A DNA stretch of 64,000 bases from a virus. Under the pieces are notes generated by a model, which saw nothing but the letters and a program-made list of their open reading frames with translations, searched no databases and was not told the DNA's origin. Both the position numbers and the translations under genes were made by a program. Below are positions 49,958-59,903 of the stretch, piece by piece. Position 1 is the stretch's first letter. Each line of letters starts with the position of its first letter. The stretch lies in UHGV virus genome UHGV-0251519; one strand, 5' to 3'.

Positions 49958-49986
49958 CCTTTTTTAATTCGCTGTATATCAATAAC

Positions 49987-50028
49987 ATGGCTCCCGATAC
50001 GCAAATTGTCGGGAGCCATTTCTTTTTT
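49987..50028 (+). terminator. Intrinsic terminator after Ubl
   Basis: atggctcccga/tcgggagccat stem plus T-run. Confidence 0.75.
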
Positions 50029-50052
50029 CAAATTTTCACACATTAAAAAAAA

Positions 50053-53000
50053 ATGAAATCTTTAGAAACAATTCTCGCAAAACAAAATTTCGACGATTTA
50101 AAATTACATTTTTATTCTCCTGGAAAACAAACTGTGTTACTTGAGGCATCAAAAGCTACTGTAGATTATTTGGTTAACTTTAGTAAGTCGGCACTGCCCT
50201 GCAAATGGATTACGGGAATTTTTTCTACTTATGAAGAAATAACATCAGACGTATCACAAGAATCTATTGGGCTTTTCTTTAAAAAGTACGATATAATAAC
50301 AAATGCCAATTTACTTGAAATAAATCTTCGCAGTTTAGCACACGGAAAGACTTATTTAAATGAATTTGAGGTAGATTTGTGTTTCAATTATAATAAGTCT
50401 TATTGTTTGTTTCCTGAATTTGGGCGTTTAATATATGCATGTTTTACGCAAACCATACAAATAAAACGTGACATTATAAATTATCTATTAAATCATTGTT
50501 ATATAAAACTGTATAGCGCAAAGAGATCAAATACTTTAGAACGCCAGGATACTTTGTTTTGTCAAGATTGGTTTGGAAACAAACGTTTGCAAGATAGGAA
50601 TATAGTAACTCCCTTTCAAGGATTAAAAATTTGGCCTAAACTTGATAATCATTATTATAAATTTAATTATCATAAAGATACAAATTTTTCTCCTTATATT
50701 ATAACTAAAATTTACAGTGAACACTTTGACCTTGAAATTGAAGTCGAGAAAATAGCTTCTTTTATTATAAATGTAGACCCTTCAACCAACAATGTGAGAA
50801 CATTTCATGAGTCTGCAAAAAATAAGATAAATAATTTACTTCAAGAAATATCCGATAAGTTTTCAAAAAAACTATTTGAGAACAAAAAATATATAAAACT
50901 CTTTAAAAAAGCAGAAAAACATCTCATTTTTGTTCCTAATTTTACTTCTAAACACTTATTAAATACTACAGATTACACTAAAACCGAAATTTTAAATTTT
51001 ATTTTATTAGGGCTTACAAACAGCTGGAATGAGCTAAATTCTTATGGTGCACCTAGTGTAACTTTAAGTAGATATCAAAGTTTTGCAGAACCTGTAAGAT
51101 TTAATGAAGACTATGTTCGCAATTTAATAAAAGTTATTTGTGAGTTTATACCGTTACTTCCTGATAGGCACGGCCATGTTGGAAGTATCAAAAAAGCTCT
51201 ACAATGTTTTGATTGCGTAAAAAGTTACCTTGATTTCATCGATCATATACTAAACAGCTATAATAACAAGTTAAATCGATTTAAATGCATAAGTTTAAAT
51301 TGCAAAATTTTTTACGCTGTTCCTGACCGTAATTCAGATATCTTCTATGCAGAATGGTTGCAAGGCATTGGTCAAAACAAAGAAACTTATACAAAAAAGT
51401 ATAATTTTAACATTTTCTCCAACTTATTTGATATTGCAGCTTTTGTACCAAAATATATTGATTCAAGTTTACAAGAATTTAAAATAAAAAATCTTGCGGA
51501 AGTATTAAGCATCAATACTGTAACTCGCAATACACTAAATACCTGCCTTGGAAGTGATTCTTATGTATGGGGAGCTGTATCTGAAAATATATTCCTTTCA
51601 CCTCCACTTAGTTCAACTGTATCTCAGGAATTAAAACGCTCATACAGTATTTCAAATCTGTTATGGGACACTCCTCCATCTAATCCTGATGAACGTGCTT
51701 ATTACGGGTATGCAAGAAGCCTGTTATTCTCAGGTGTAGCGAGTTATAGTTTTTTGACACCTACTACAAAAGAACATAGGAGTCTTGCAACTTATATTAA
51801 ACCGCACGATGTAGAGCAATATTCAGTATCTCCAATATTTAATTGGGATAAGATAATATATCCACAAACTAAATATCAATTTTCTATTTCGCCAAATTTT
51901 TACTGTATACAACCTAGTCCAGATGAAAATCATAATAGTTGTGAATTGCCATTATACAATGATACGTTTACTGAATGTTATGGAAAGTTTTATCCTATTA
52001 TAAACCAAATCGACATTCCGGTATGGTATATACCAGGAAAAGCCATGCATAAGCTTACTCGTTATTGCTACAGTGGTATTGGATCAACATTTTTTACAAA
52101 TGTTAGAAATTTGGTTATTAAATATTTGTGTGACGGATCAAATATCATAGACCAATTATTCTATTTGACCGTGAATCGTGAAGAAAGCGTGCTTACATCC
52201 TCTTTTGAAGATTGTGTAATCGAACAAGCGTTGACACATCCATTGGTTCAAAAACCATGGAATGAATTTTTTGCAAAAAAACTTAGACATAAAAAACCCA
52301 GTCCTCCAAATGTTGTAAAGATTAATACAATTGTCAGCATTAATGGAAACTCTGTAACATCAAATGACGAGATCTTGGATTTTATCGAATCTAAAAATTT
52401 AGAACAATATTTTGAATTGTATCGCAAAAATATTCAAAAAACTTGCCAAGATTTAGAGGATTTAATTGAGAAAAAAAATGACTTATTGCTTAAAGTAGCC
52501 AAATATCAAACAGATATTCTTAATAAAATTAATCAAAATAATGGAATTGATTTGTTTAAATCCTGCGATGAAACGCTGAAATATTCTTGGATGAAACAAA
52601 TCAGTTTATTACAGCAAAATAAACGTATTATAAGCATTAATTTTGATCTGGTTAATAAGCGTTTAGAAGTGGTTTTTAAACCGAAAAACATTGTAGATCC
52701 ACGTACGGATATTGAGTATGACATAGGCACGATTGCCGCATCCTGGCCTTTAGAGATAGATTTAAATGGTTATATTTGCCCTATGACGAATATAAGCAGT
52801 CAACTTAAAGTTTACTCTAAAAATATTAATCTGGAAGAATTTGGCAGTCTTTGTAGTCAAATTGATTCTTTAGATAATACGGAAATTGTCAACTTAGTGG
52901 ATCAGTTATTTGAACCTGTTCACATTAAGGAAGCAAAGAATGTATTGTCTAGGAATACTCCAACGACGAATTTAACAATTTACGGCGAAAAAGCTGTACC

Positions 53001-53988
53001 TCATAGTTCTCCGGATAACTCAGGATGGGTATGTTTTGGCAATTACTCTTCAGCAATCAATAAAGCTGCAGAAGAAGTCAATCTTATGAATTTGGCAGGA
53101 TTAACAATGTTAAATGCTGAATCTGCAAATTTAAAAGATGCTTGGGGAAAAAGTTTGCCTACGTTTCAAATCGCTGCTGGAAAATACTCAACCTTGGATA
53201 TTGCACAAAAAGCATTTGAAAGGAATTTATTACGTAACAAAAAATACATTATTCCGGGATTAGGTAATCCTGATACCTATACGTTACTCAATAATGATAC
53301 CAGACGCATATTAGCAATAATCACTAATAATGTATGGCCTAAATTCTATGAAATTTGGGAAAATAACAGCACTACACGGAATAGTGGTAATGCTTACATG
53401 ATAATACAATTTTTAAGCAACCTGTATAAAAGGATAGAGTCTTTCCGTGCTAACGCATGTGAGCTTGTAGGAAAATTGTTTAAGGAAATTTGTGCGCGTA
53501 TATATAAACCATTTACAGATCAAGAGCTCGAAGATTTAAATGCAAAAACTAAATTTAAATTTCAAGACTCTTCTATATGGAGATATATAACACGTGAAAA
53601 TACAGATATTGACGTAGATCGTTGTAAACGATATACAACAGATTATTATTTAGAAGAATATTTCCGTAAGTACACACTTGGCTACAGTAGCTATGAATAT
53701 TTAAATAGTTTGAAAAATTATGAAGATCTTGATCCTGAGAAAATGGAGGAAGTATTCGCAGAAAGTATTGAATGTGTGGTAAGAAATTATTTATTCTATG
53801 AAGGTGATTATGAGGTGAAAAGATTCATGCCAAGACAGATTTTAGAATTTGGAGATCTAATTTTTGGCAAAGATTTTTACTTAATTGAAACAAACGATAA
53901 AGATTGTAATTTCTTACTAAAAATTTGTAATAACCATTCTTATAAAGGTATTACCGTAGAAGTTTTAAAGTTATTTAAAAAATCTTAA
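50053..53988 (+). CDS. 1311-aa protein with coiled coil and E2-like domain
   Basis: YDIG...VPH(984)SSPDNSGWVC(994)FGN...N..DAWG; directly after JAB-E1-Ubl. Confidence 0.65.
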   Translation: MKSLETILAKQNFDDLKLHFYSPGKQTVLLEASKATVDYLVNFSKSALPCKWITGIFSTYEEITSDVSQESIGLFFKKYDIITNANLLEINLRSLAHGKTYLNEFEVDLCFNYNKSYCLFPEFGRLIYACFTQTIQIKRDIINYLLNHCYIKLYSAKRSNTLERQDTLFCQDWFGNKRLQDRNIVTPFQGLKIWPKLDNHYYKFNYHKDTNFSPYIITKIYSEHFDLEIEVEKIASFIINVDPSTNNVRTFHESAKNKINNLLQEISDKFSKKLFENKKYIKLFKKAEKHLIFVPNFTSKHLLNTTDYTKTEILNFILLGLTNSWNELNSYGAPSVTLSRYQSFAEPVRFNEDYVRNLIKVICEFIPLLPDRHGHVGSIKKALQCFDCVKSYLDFIDHILNSYNNKLNRFKCISLNCKIFYAVPDRNSDIFYAEWLQGIGQNKETYTKKYNFNIFSNLFDIAAFVPKYIDSSLQEFKIKNLAEVLSINTVTRNTLNTCLGSDSYVWGAVSENIFLSPPLSSTVSQELKRSYSISNLLWDTPPSNPDERAYYGYARSLLFSGVASYSFLTPTTKEHRSLATYIKPHDVEQYSVSPIFNWDKIIYPQTKYQFSISPNFYCIQPSPDENHNSCELPLYNDTFTECYGKFYPIINQIDIPVWYIPGKAMHKLTRYCYSGIGSTFFTNVRNLVIKYLCDGSNIIDQLFYLTVNREESVLTSSFEDCVIEQALTHPLVQKPWNEFFAKKLRHKKPSPPNVVKINTIVSINGNSVTSNDEILDFIESKNLEQYFELYRKNIQKTCQDLEDLIEKKNDLLLKVAKYQTDILNKINQNNGIDLFKSCDETLKYSWMKQISLLQQNKRIISINFDLVNKRLEVVFKPKNIVDPRTDIEYDIGTIAASWPLEIDLNGYICPMTNISSQLKVYSKNINLEEFGSLCSQIDSLDNTEIVNLVDQLFEPVHIKEAKNVLSRNTPTTNLTIYGEKAVPHSSPDNSGWVCFGNYSSAINKAAEEVNLMNLAGLTMLNAESANLKDAWGKSLPTFQIAAGKYSTLDIAQKAFERNLLRNKKYIIPGLGNPDTYTLLNNDTRRILAIITNNVWPKFYEIWENNSTTRNSGNAYMIIQFLSNLYKRIESFRANACELVGKLFKEICARIYKPFTDQELEDLNAKTKFKFQDSSIWRYITRENTDIDVDRCKRYTTDYYLEEYFRKYTLGYSSYEYLNSLKNYEDLDPEKMEEVFAESIECVVRNYLFYEGDYEVKRFMPRQILEFGDLIFGKDFYLIETNDKDCNFLLKICNNHSYKGITVEVLKLFKKS

Positions 53989-54053
53989 TTTAAAAAATTG
54001 ACAAATTAAAGTTATTTCTAAAGAAATATTTAAATTTTAGAAATAACTTTAAA

Positions 54054-54401
54054 GTGAAAAAGATTGATATTTTAAAAAAAATTAAACAACAAACATCTAA
54101 TGCTAATATACAAAAGCAAGGTGTAGTCGAAAATTTACATACGCAGATCCGATTTAATCCGTCTCAAATTAAGTCCAAGACTGTAACTGTAGAGGAAATT
54201 AAAAATACCCCTTTGCTAAAGGCGTATTATAAAGATACACTTGGACTTGATACAGATGACCAAATCATAGACATTGATATCTTTAAAGTCAAAAACGGTA
54301 AAACAACCATTTACTTCGGAATCAATTCCGAATTTTTAGACAAAAAAGGTATTAATGTGTTGACAACCCCAATCGGGGATGCTGTATTGATCGACACTTA
54401 G
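54054..54401 (+). CDS. Hypothetical protein
   Basis: 115-aa ORF. Confidence 0.45.
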   Translation: MKKIDILKKIKQQTSNANIQKQGVVENLHTQIRFNPSQIKSKTVTVEEIKNTPLLKAYYKDTLGLDTDDQIIDIDIFKVKNGKTTIYFGINSEFLDKKGINVLTTPIGDAVLIDT

Positions 54402-54404
54402 TAA

Positions 54405-54476
54405 TCCGAGATAGCTCAGCGGTAGAGCGGGTGACTGTTAATCACTTGGTCGAAGGTTCAAGCCCTTCTCTCGGAG
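54405..54476 (+). tRNA. tRNA-Asn(GUU)
   Basis: Acceptor tccgaga/tctcgga; anticodon arm ggtga-ct-GTT-aa-tcact; T arm gaagg-ttcaagc-ccttc. Confidence 0.92.
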
Positions 54477-54500
54477 TAAATTTTTGTTCTTTTTCAATTT

Positions 54501-54705
54501 CTCGGACAATGGGCGTTTCAGGGATAGCCACCCTGCCCCTGCCTATAGGGGAATGATATAATTATCAGTGAAAACGCGGAGTAGCTACCGTAGGAGGGAC
54601 GTATGAATGTTCCCTTGAAATATGAAGCTGATGCCCGATACCGGCGAGTCATGGCTTATCGATAGCGCCTTGGCTTCGTTTTGCGGTTGAGAATAGGCGT
54701 CCGAG
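54501..54705 (+). ncRNA. Candidate structured RNA of unknown class
   Basis: GC-enriched, no ORF; closing stem ctcggac/gtccgag; several internal hairpins; T-run after. Confidence 0.5.
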
Positions 54706-54892
54706 CCCTTTTTAGAGTTGAGAGTTCTGATTCCCATGGCGCATAGAATGTCTATGCGCTATTTTTTGTCCAAAAACAAGTTAAGATTCAAGGTTTAAAA
54801 GTCCTTTTCATTAAGGACTCCTTGAATCGCCTTGTTTTTACTTTATTATTTATTCTTATTTTTTTAGATATAACACCAAAATTCTTAAAATT

Positions 54893-55381
54893 ATGACTAA
54901 AAAACTAAAAATCCGATTTGTGAAATTCGAGAAAGCCCTTGCAATGCAGATTTTGGAGCAAGAGGGAGAATTTAAGGCTTCAACACATGTTAGGCTATCC
55001 TACTCTGAGCCTTGGATCGAATCGAAGTATATTTATTTAATCGGTAAACACGTTGAGTTTGATAAACATGTTTCTACGATGAGATTTAATAACAACGAAG
55101 AACGCGACGCATATCTTAAGAAAGTTCTACACTGGATAAGCAAAGAACAGTTTGCTATGCGATCGGGAAAGCTTAAAGTCGGCGAGCTGTGCGAAGCGCA
55201 TGTGGGAAATAGATGGGAAAAAAGGAAGCTCCTCGCAATCTTGCCAAAGCGATACAAAAACCGCTTCATTGTGGAGAGAGTTGAGGATGACGAGAGTTGG
55301 GTAGGGTGTTCCAAGGTTCTACATTTGCCAAATTGGAATAAATCGACAGTCGATGGAGACGTTTACACTTGGGAAGGATAA
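54893..55381 (+). CDS. LKI.F/YTWE family copy 8
   Basis: Family motifs. Confidence 0.75.
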   Translation: MTKKLKIRFVKFEKALAMQILEQEGEFKASTHVRLSYSEPWIESKYIYLIGKHVEFDKHVSTMRFNNNEERDAYLKKVLHWISKEQFAMRSGKLKVGELCEAHVGNRWEKRKLLAILPKRYKNRFIVERVEDDESWVGCSKVLHLPNWNKSTVDGDVYTWEG

Positions 55382-55409
55382 ATCTTAAAATTTAAAACAT
55401 TATTTTGAA

Positions 55410-55961
55410 ATGTCGGCAAGTTTAGAAGATATCAGACAATATTTTATTAAACGTCAACGTGAGCGCAATAAATTTTACAAATTATTGCCTAAGTTTGATC
55501 AAATAGAAGTTTGGCAAAAACTTGCCGATAATTGCAAAAAACTGGATGTAACAGAAAAATTTTATATAGATTTTGTTTTTGATGAACTTACTAATGCAAG
55601 ACAAACGATTTTTCCAAAAACGCTTTTAAATTCAAAAATTATCGGAAAAATTAAAATTTATCAAGAAACCATCGGAAAACAAATACAACTAACCGCAAAA
55701 GAATATGTTGATCAAGAATTTCAAAAAGCTTTTTCGGCTATTAAAAATTTTCTCCAAACGCATCCAGGATCATCACATTTAACGGTCTTACGCATGGCAG
55801 GATTTCAAATTCCTGCATGGCTAAGACTATCCTTGGCTCCTACAGACCCTAAAGTATACACGCATTATATAGCGGAAGCGAGAAAAGAGCTTGCAAATAT
55901 CAAAGGTCTAAAGGAAGCTATCGAAGCTACAAAAGGATTATTAAACACCTCATGGATTTAA
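55410..55961 (+). CDS. Hypothetical protein coupled to the helicase gene
   Basis: Overlaps the helicase start. Confidence 0.55.
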   Translation: MSASLEDIRQYFIKRQRERNKFYKLLPKFDQIEVWQKLADNCKKLDVTEKFYIDFVFDELTNARQTIFPKTLLNSKIIGKIKIYQETIGKQIQLTAKEYVDQEFQKAFSAIKNFLQTHPGSSHLTVLRMAGFQIPAWLRLSLAPTDPKVYTHYIAEARKELANIKGLKEAIEATKGLLNTSWI

Positions 55962-57520
55962 ACTCCCCAAAACCACAGCCAACTGAAACAAATGTTCCAA
56001 TTGCCGTGACAGAAAATCCGGCAATTAAAAGTTTGGTGCGTAGCAATACCAGAATGTTTGAGCAGTATTTAATGGCTGCAATGATTTTAAGTTATGATTT
56101 TTGGAGAGTTTATTGTAAGGACAGAATTAACGCTAGAATAAGCTCCCACAGATCATACGAAGATTTTAGTAAAAGCGTATATAACAATATTTATGACGGA
56201 ATTTGCACGTTTTATAACACTTTATCCGACAAAAACGACCCAAATAGTTCTTCAATTACCCAAGTCGATGTAAGCTTTGTTAATAGTCTTTTAAAAGACC
56301 AGATGTATCTGGGACAAATAAGTATTGAAGACACGAAATTTGCCGAAGAAAGTTTAAATGAAATTGTCCAGTTAATTAACAATTCTGCCGGAAACAATGA
56401 TGTTATTTTTAATTTTGCCAAATCCGGTTTTGCATTTTGGCTGGAATTAAGACGAGTATCCCAGATAACTGAAAAGTCGTTTAATACAAAAATAACGGCT
56501 GATGAATTAATTAATAAACTTAAATCAGCTACAGATGGATTAGATGTAGATGATTCTACGTTTATGTCGTTTAATGACGCCGTAGACTTTGAAGACGTAG
56601 ATAATGGCGGTTATCGTATGCCCGTGGCTACATTGCCTATTTTTACAAGGGTATTAGCCGGAGGATTAAAGAAAGGCGAAACTGGCATTGTTGCGTCACT
56701 GCCTTCAGGAGGAAAAACAGTTTTTGCATGTCAGCTTGCCGTTGGGTTGGCCTTAAATGCTTTTAAGGTATTATTTATTTCAACGGAGCAGCATGCTGTT
56801 AATCTCGTGCCGAGATGTGTTAGTCTTAGCACAAATATACCTTTTAATTTAATAAATGACGGCATTAAACATGCTATTAAAAATAGCAAATTAAATGACC
56901 AACAAATAACCGAAATAAAGGAGTTTACACAATTAGTGCAACCTTATCTTTATTTTGAAAATTGGGGATTAAAGGGTAATAAGATAACAAGCAGTTTAGA
57001 ACATGCCATTGAAAAATTTATAGAAGTTAATGGCAGTTTGGATGTTGTTATTATCGACTGGATAGGTGGTGGCATTGAAAAACCTCCGGAAGATCGCGCC
57101 AAAAAGCACGAGTATTATGACTATACCATGAAGTACATTTGCAAGGTTATGAAACAAAAACATCTTGCAGGAGTGGTTATGGCACAGGTTAATCCGAAAC
57201 AAGCGGAAAATGTCGCAATGATTACCATTAACGAACTGGCCGATTGTAAAACATTAGACCAAGATGCTTCTTGGGCGTTGGGTATATCGCGTTTAGAGAA
57301 TCCTAAAACTCGTGTATCAAATCAAATCCAAGCTTCATATAAAACGCAACAAACGTTTAACTTTTGGAAAAACCGATTGTCTCCGCCGTATCATTATCCC
57401 GTGCTTCGTGATTTTGCTTATCAAAGATTTGCGGAAAAAGAACAAGCAAGTCCTATGACAAATGTGGCGACTAAGGTTGAACTTGGCAGTATGGATACAT
57501 TAAACATTAAGCCAATTTAA
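55952..57520 (+). CDS. DnaB-like replicative helicase
   Basis: GGLKKGE, Walker A LPSGGKT, FISTE, IIDW, MAQVN, KNR. Confidence 0.85.
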   Translation: MDLNSPKPQPTETNVPIAVTENPAIKSLVRSNTRMFEQYLMAAMILSYDFWRVYCKDRINARISSHRSYEDFSKSVYNNIYDGICTFYNTLSDKNDPNSSSITQVDVSFVNSLLKDQMYLGQISIEDTKFAEESLNEIVQLINNSAGNNDVIFNFAKSGFAFWLELRRVSQITEKSFNTKITADELINKLKSATDGLDVDDSTFMSFNDAVDFEDVDNGGYRMPVATLPIFTRVLAGGLKKGETGIVASLPSGGKTVFACQLAVGLALNAFKVLFISTEQHAVNLVPRCVSLSTNIPFNLINDGIKHAIKNSKLNDQQITEIKEFTQLVQPYLYFENWGLKGNKITSSLEHAIEKFIEVNGSLDVVIIDWIGGGIEKPPEDRAKKHEYYDYTMKYICKVMKQKHLAGVVMAQVNPKQAENVAMITINELADCKTLDQDASWALGISRLENPKTRVSNQIQASYKTQQTFNFWKNRLSPPYHYPVLRDFAYQRFAEKEQASPMTNVATKVELGSMDTLNIKPI

Positions 57521-57544
57521 GTATACAATATTTTAAGGATTATT

Positions 57545-57583
57545 AACCGCTCACCATGCAAACTGGTGAGCGGTTTTTATTTT
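57545..57583. terminator. Bidirectional terminator
   Basis: aaccgctcacca/tggtgagcggtt between convergent genes. Confidence 0.75.
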
Positions 57584-57590
57584 AAAAATA

Positions 57591-59903
57591 TTAGAATACA
57601 AAGGCTTTCCTTATTTCATCCATCAAGTTATTATGGTTTTCCCTAATGGTATTTGCGCATACCTGAAGATAAGCGGGATACCACTTAATGTTGGATGTGC
57701 CCTTTGATACAACATTTTTCATCCAAGAAGTAAAGTATCCTATAAAAGATACGTGGTCAATTGCATTCTTGAAATCCTTAAAGCAGTCGGCATATAAGCT
57801 GCCTTTTCCGGTACCGAAGGTTTTATGCACCGCCAAAGCTACAGCTTCAAAGATTTGTTGAATATAGGGAGTCTTGTCACAATGACCTTCAGCTATTTCA
57901 GTAAACAATATTTGCAGGATATTTGACAGATGGTCATAAATCTCAGCTTTGTCTTTGTAACGGAAACCTAAGAAACGGGTATTTATAGGTCCTTGATAAA
58001 GCGGATGACCTTGGTAATCCGACAGTGTCTCTACAGGTATTTTGTTAATATAATCCACAACCTTTAAAGGCAGTTTATCCAAGTTACGCAGAAGCTGTAA
58101 CGGCTGTATGCTATGAATTAGACGTTTGGGGAACAATGCCCTGCTTTCATGACCAAACAAGTCGCAAATCCTAAGTTTTTCTTCCATAGGAATGCTGTTA
58201 TATTTCTTATGTCTGCAAAGATAAGAGCACATGCTCCTATGCCACCAGTTAGGCATAACATCCGCTTTTACATTCGGATTTCTGTTTAACTGATCCGCGT
58301 GTAAAATCTTTTGATAATCGTTTATAAATTCATCCAACAATGACTTAGGTTCAGGAATAGATCCAGGGAACAAAGCGTCTTCTGCCATAATAACTTCAAG
58401 CGTAGGACGGAAACGCTGCACTTTGCCTATGCTGCGAACATTTTTCCGAAGTTCTTTAAGTTCTTCAATAGCCTCATTTAAATCTATTTCATATTCGCTT
58501 TTATTTATTCCAGTCCAAGCATTTCCTGCCTGAATAGGAAATACCTTTTCAGGTTCTTGATTTAACCTTGCGGCCTTTTCTGCAATTGCCTTCTGCCTTT
58601 GTTCGAAAATGGTTATGCTGTAATCGATTGCTTCCTGAATGTCTTTAATATGGTTGCTGCGACGTTCCAAAGATTTAAAAAACCTAAACGGAGCCAAATA
58701 AACCGCATGCAACGATTCGCTTAAGAATCTATAACTCATCACTGAAGAGAATTGTTTTTCAGGACGAATATACTTTCCAAGATAACGCTTGCTTATGGAC
58801 TTAAGATCCTTTTGAAATCTTTCCCATTTACGGCATTTATCCGCTTGAATTGTATCCGCTAAAGATTCTGTGCCCTGGAACTTGGCTGGAGGAGACCATC
58901 TGAGGGCTTTTCTGTCCACCTCCATATAGTCTATTATGGTTTTATTGGAATCATTTCCTGTATGTGCGCTGCAAGCAACTCTAAGTTCATTCAACATCTT
59001 CCAATAGCTTTTTTTGCAGAATCTGCCACCCATAGAATTGATAAGATTCTTAAGATAAAGAATATTGGGAAGATGATGCTGTATATCACCTTCTCGCTTA
59101 CGTTCTAAATCAAGATAAAGCGAATGATAAAACTTGGTTCCGTGAAGCTTATTGGATATGAATTTGAATTTCAGCATTACCGCCATATTCGGATTTGACG
59201 GGCAATAATCCAAAGACATATCTAAGAGATGAAGCGCATGTGTATCTGCCAAGGAGCAATGATTGTAATTGGCATATTGTATGCGTTTTAATTGAGGATT
59301 ATAACCTGCAAAAAACTTAACAGACTTAAGCCCCCTTTCTGGAACATTGCAACGGCGATCAGATAAAGTCCAGCCGTAACCGTTGGTGGCTTTAGGGTTT
59401 TTTTCAGCCCATTCCTTCTCAAGCTGTGCTCTTTTCTGAGCACGTTCCTTTGCCTGTTGTTCCTTTTTTAAGGCTGCTTCTTTTTCCAGCTTTTCCTTTT
59501 TTAAAGCCTCTTCCTTGGCCTTTCTTCTTTCTGCAAGCATCTGTTGATAGACTGCTCTGCCTTTTGCAATAGCTTGTCTTCTACGCTCTCTGTCTTCTTC
59601 GGAGATATTTAAAGGCTTAGTGACTTTGTAACCTTTGGGACGCCGAAAACGATATTTGTCCAACTTGGCTTTAGCCAATTCTAAAACTTTTTCTGAAACC
59701 GTATATTTTCTCTTGCCAGTTTTCGTGGCTCTATCTGCAACCACTAAATTCATACAACATTGTACTAAAGTTTTTTGATTTGCTTTAAGCTTATCTTGAT
59801 CCAAACGTCCAGTTCCACTCCCACGAGCTCTGTGCACCTTCTCGTTCAAGATACTCTGAGACATATCGCAGTATTCTTCTGTATTACCAATAGTTGTTGC
59901 CAT
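57591..59903 (-). CDS. Large basic hypothetical protein (770 aa)
   Basis: Long ORF against the prevailing strand; K/R/E-rich N-terminal coil. Confidence 0.65.
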   Translation of the reverse strand: MATTIGNTEEYCDMSQSILNEKVHRARGSGTGRLDQDKLKANQKTLVQCCMNLVVADRATKTGKRKYTVSEKVLELAKAKLDKYRFRRPKGYKVTKPLNISEEDRERRRQAIAKGRAVYQQMLAERRKAKEEALKKEKLEKEAALKKEQQAKERAQKRAQLEKEWAEKNPKATNGYGWTLSDRRCNVPERGLKSVKFFAGYNPQLKRIQYANYNHCSLADTHALHLLDMSLDYCPSNPNMAVMLKFKFISNKLHGTKFYHSLYLDLERKREGDIQHHLPNILYLKNLINSMGGRFCKKSYWKMLNELRVACSAHTGNDSNKTIIDYMEVDRKALRWSPPAKFQGTESLADTIQADKCRKWERFQKDLKSISKRYLGKYIRPEKQFSSVMSYRFLSESLHAVYLAPFRFFKSLERRSNHIKDIQEAIDYSITIFEQRQKAIAEKAARLNQEPEKVFPIQAGNAWTGINKSEYEIDLNEAIEELKELRKNVRSIGKVQRFRPTLEVIMAEDALFPGSIPEPKSLLDEFINDYQKILHADQLNRNPNVKADVMPNWWHRSMCSYLCRHKKYNSIPMEEKLRICDLFGHESRALFPKRLIHSIQPLQLLRNLDKLPLKVVDYINKIPVETLSDYQGHPLYQGPINTRFLGFRYKDKAEIYDHLSNILQILFTEIAEGHCDKTPYIQQIFEAVALAVHKTFGTGKGSLYADCFKDFKNAIDHVSFIGYFTSWMKNVVSKGTSNIKWYPAYLQVCANTIRENHNNLMDEIRKAFVF

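Noticed and set aside
54501..54705. tmRNA, RNase P, 6S or hammerhead assignment
   Set aside because: No tRNA-like ends, no GGAAAGUC core, not a single long rod, and only a partial CUGAUG match
27662..55381. Diversity-generating retroelement behind the 8-copy family
   Set aside because: Differences between the closest copies are not adenine-specific and no reverse transcriptase is in the window
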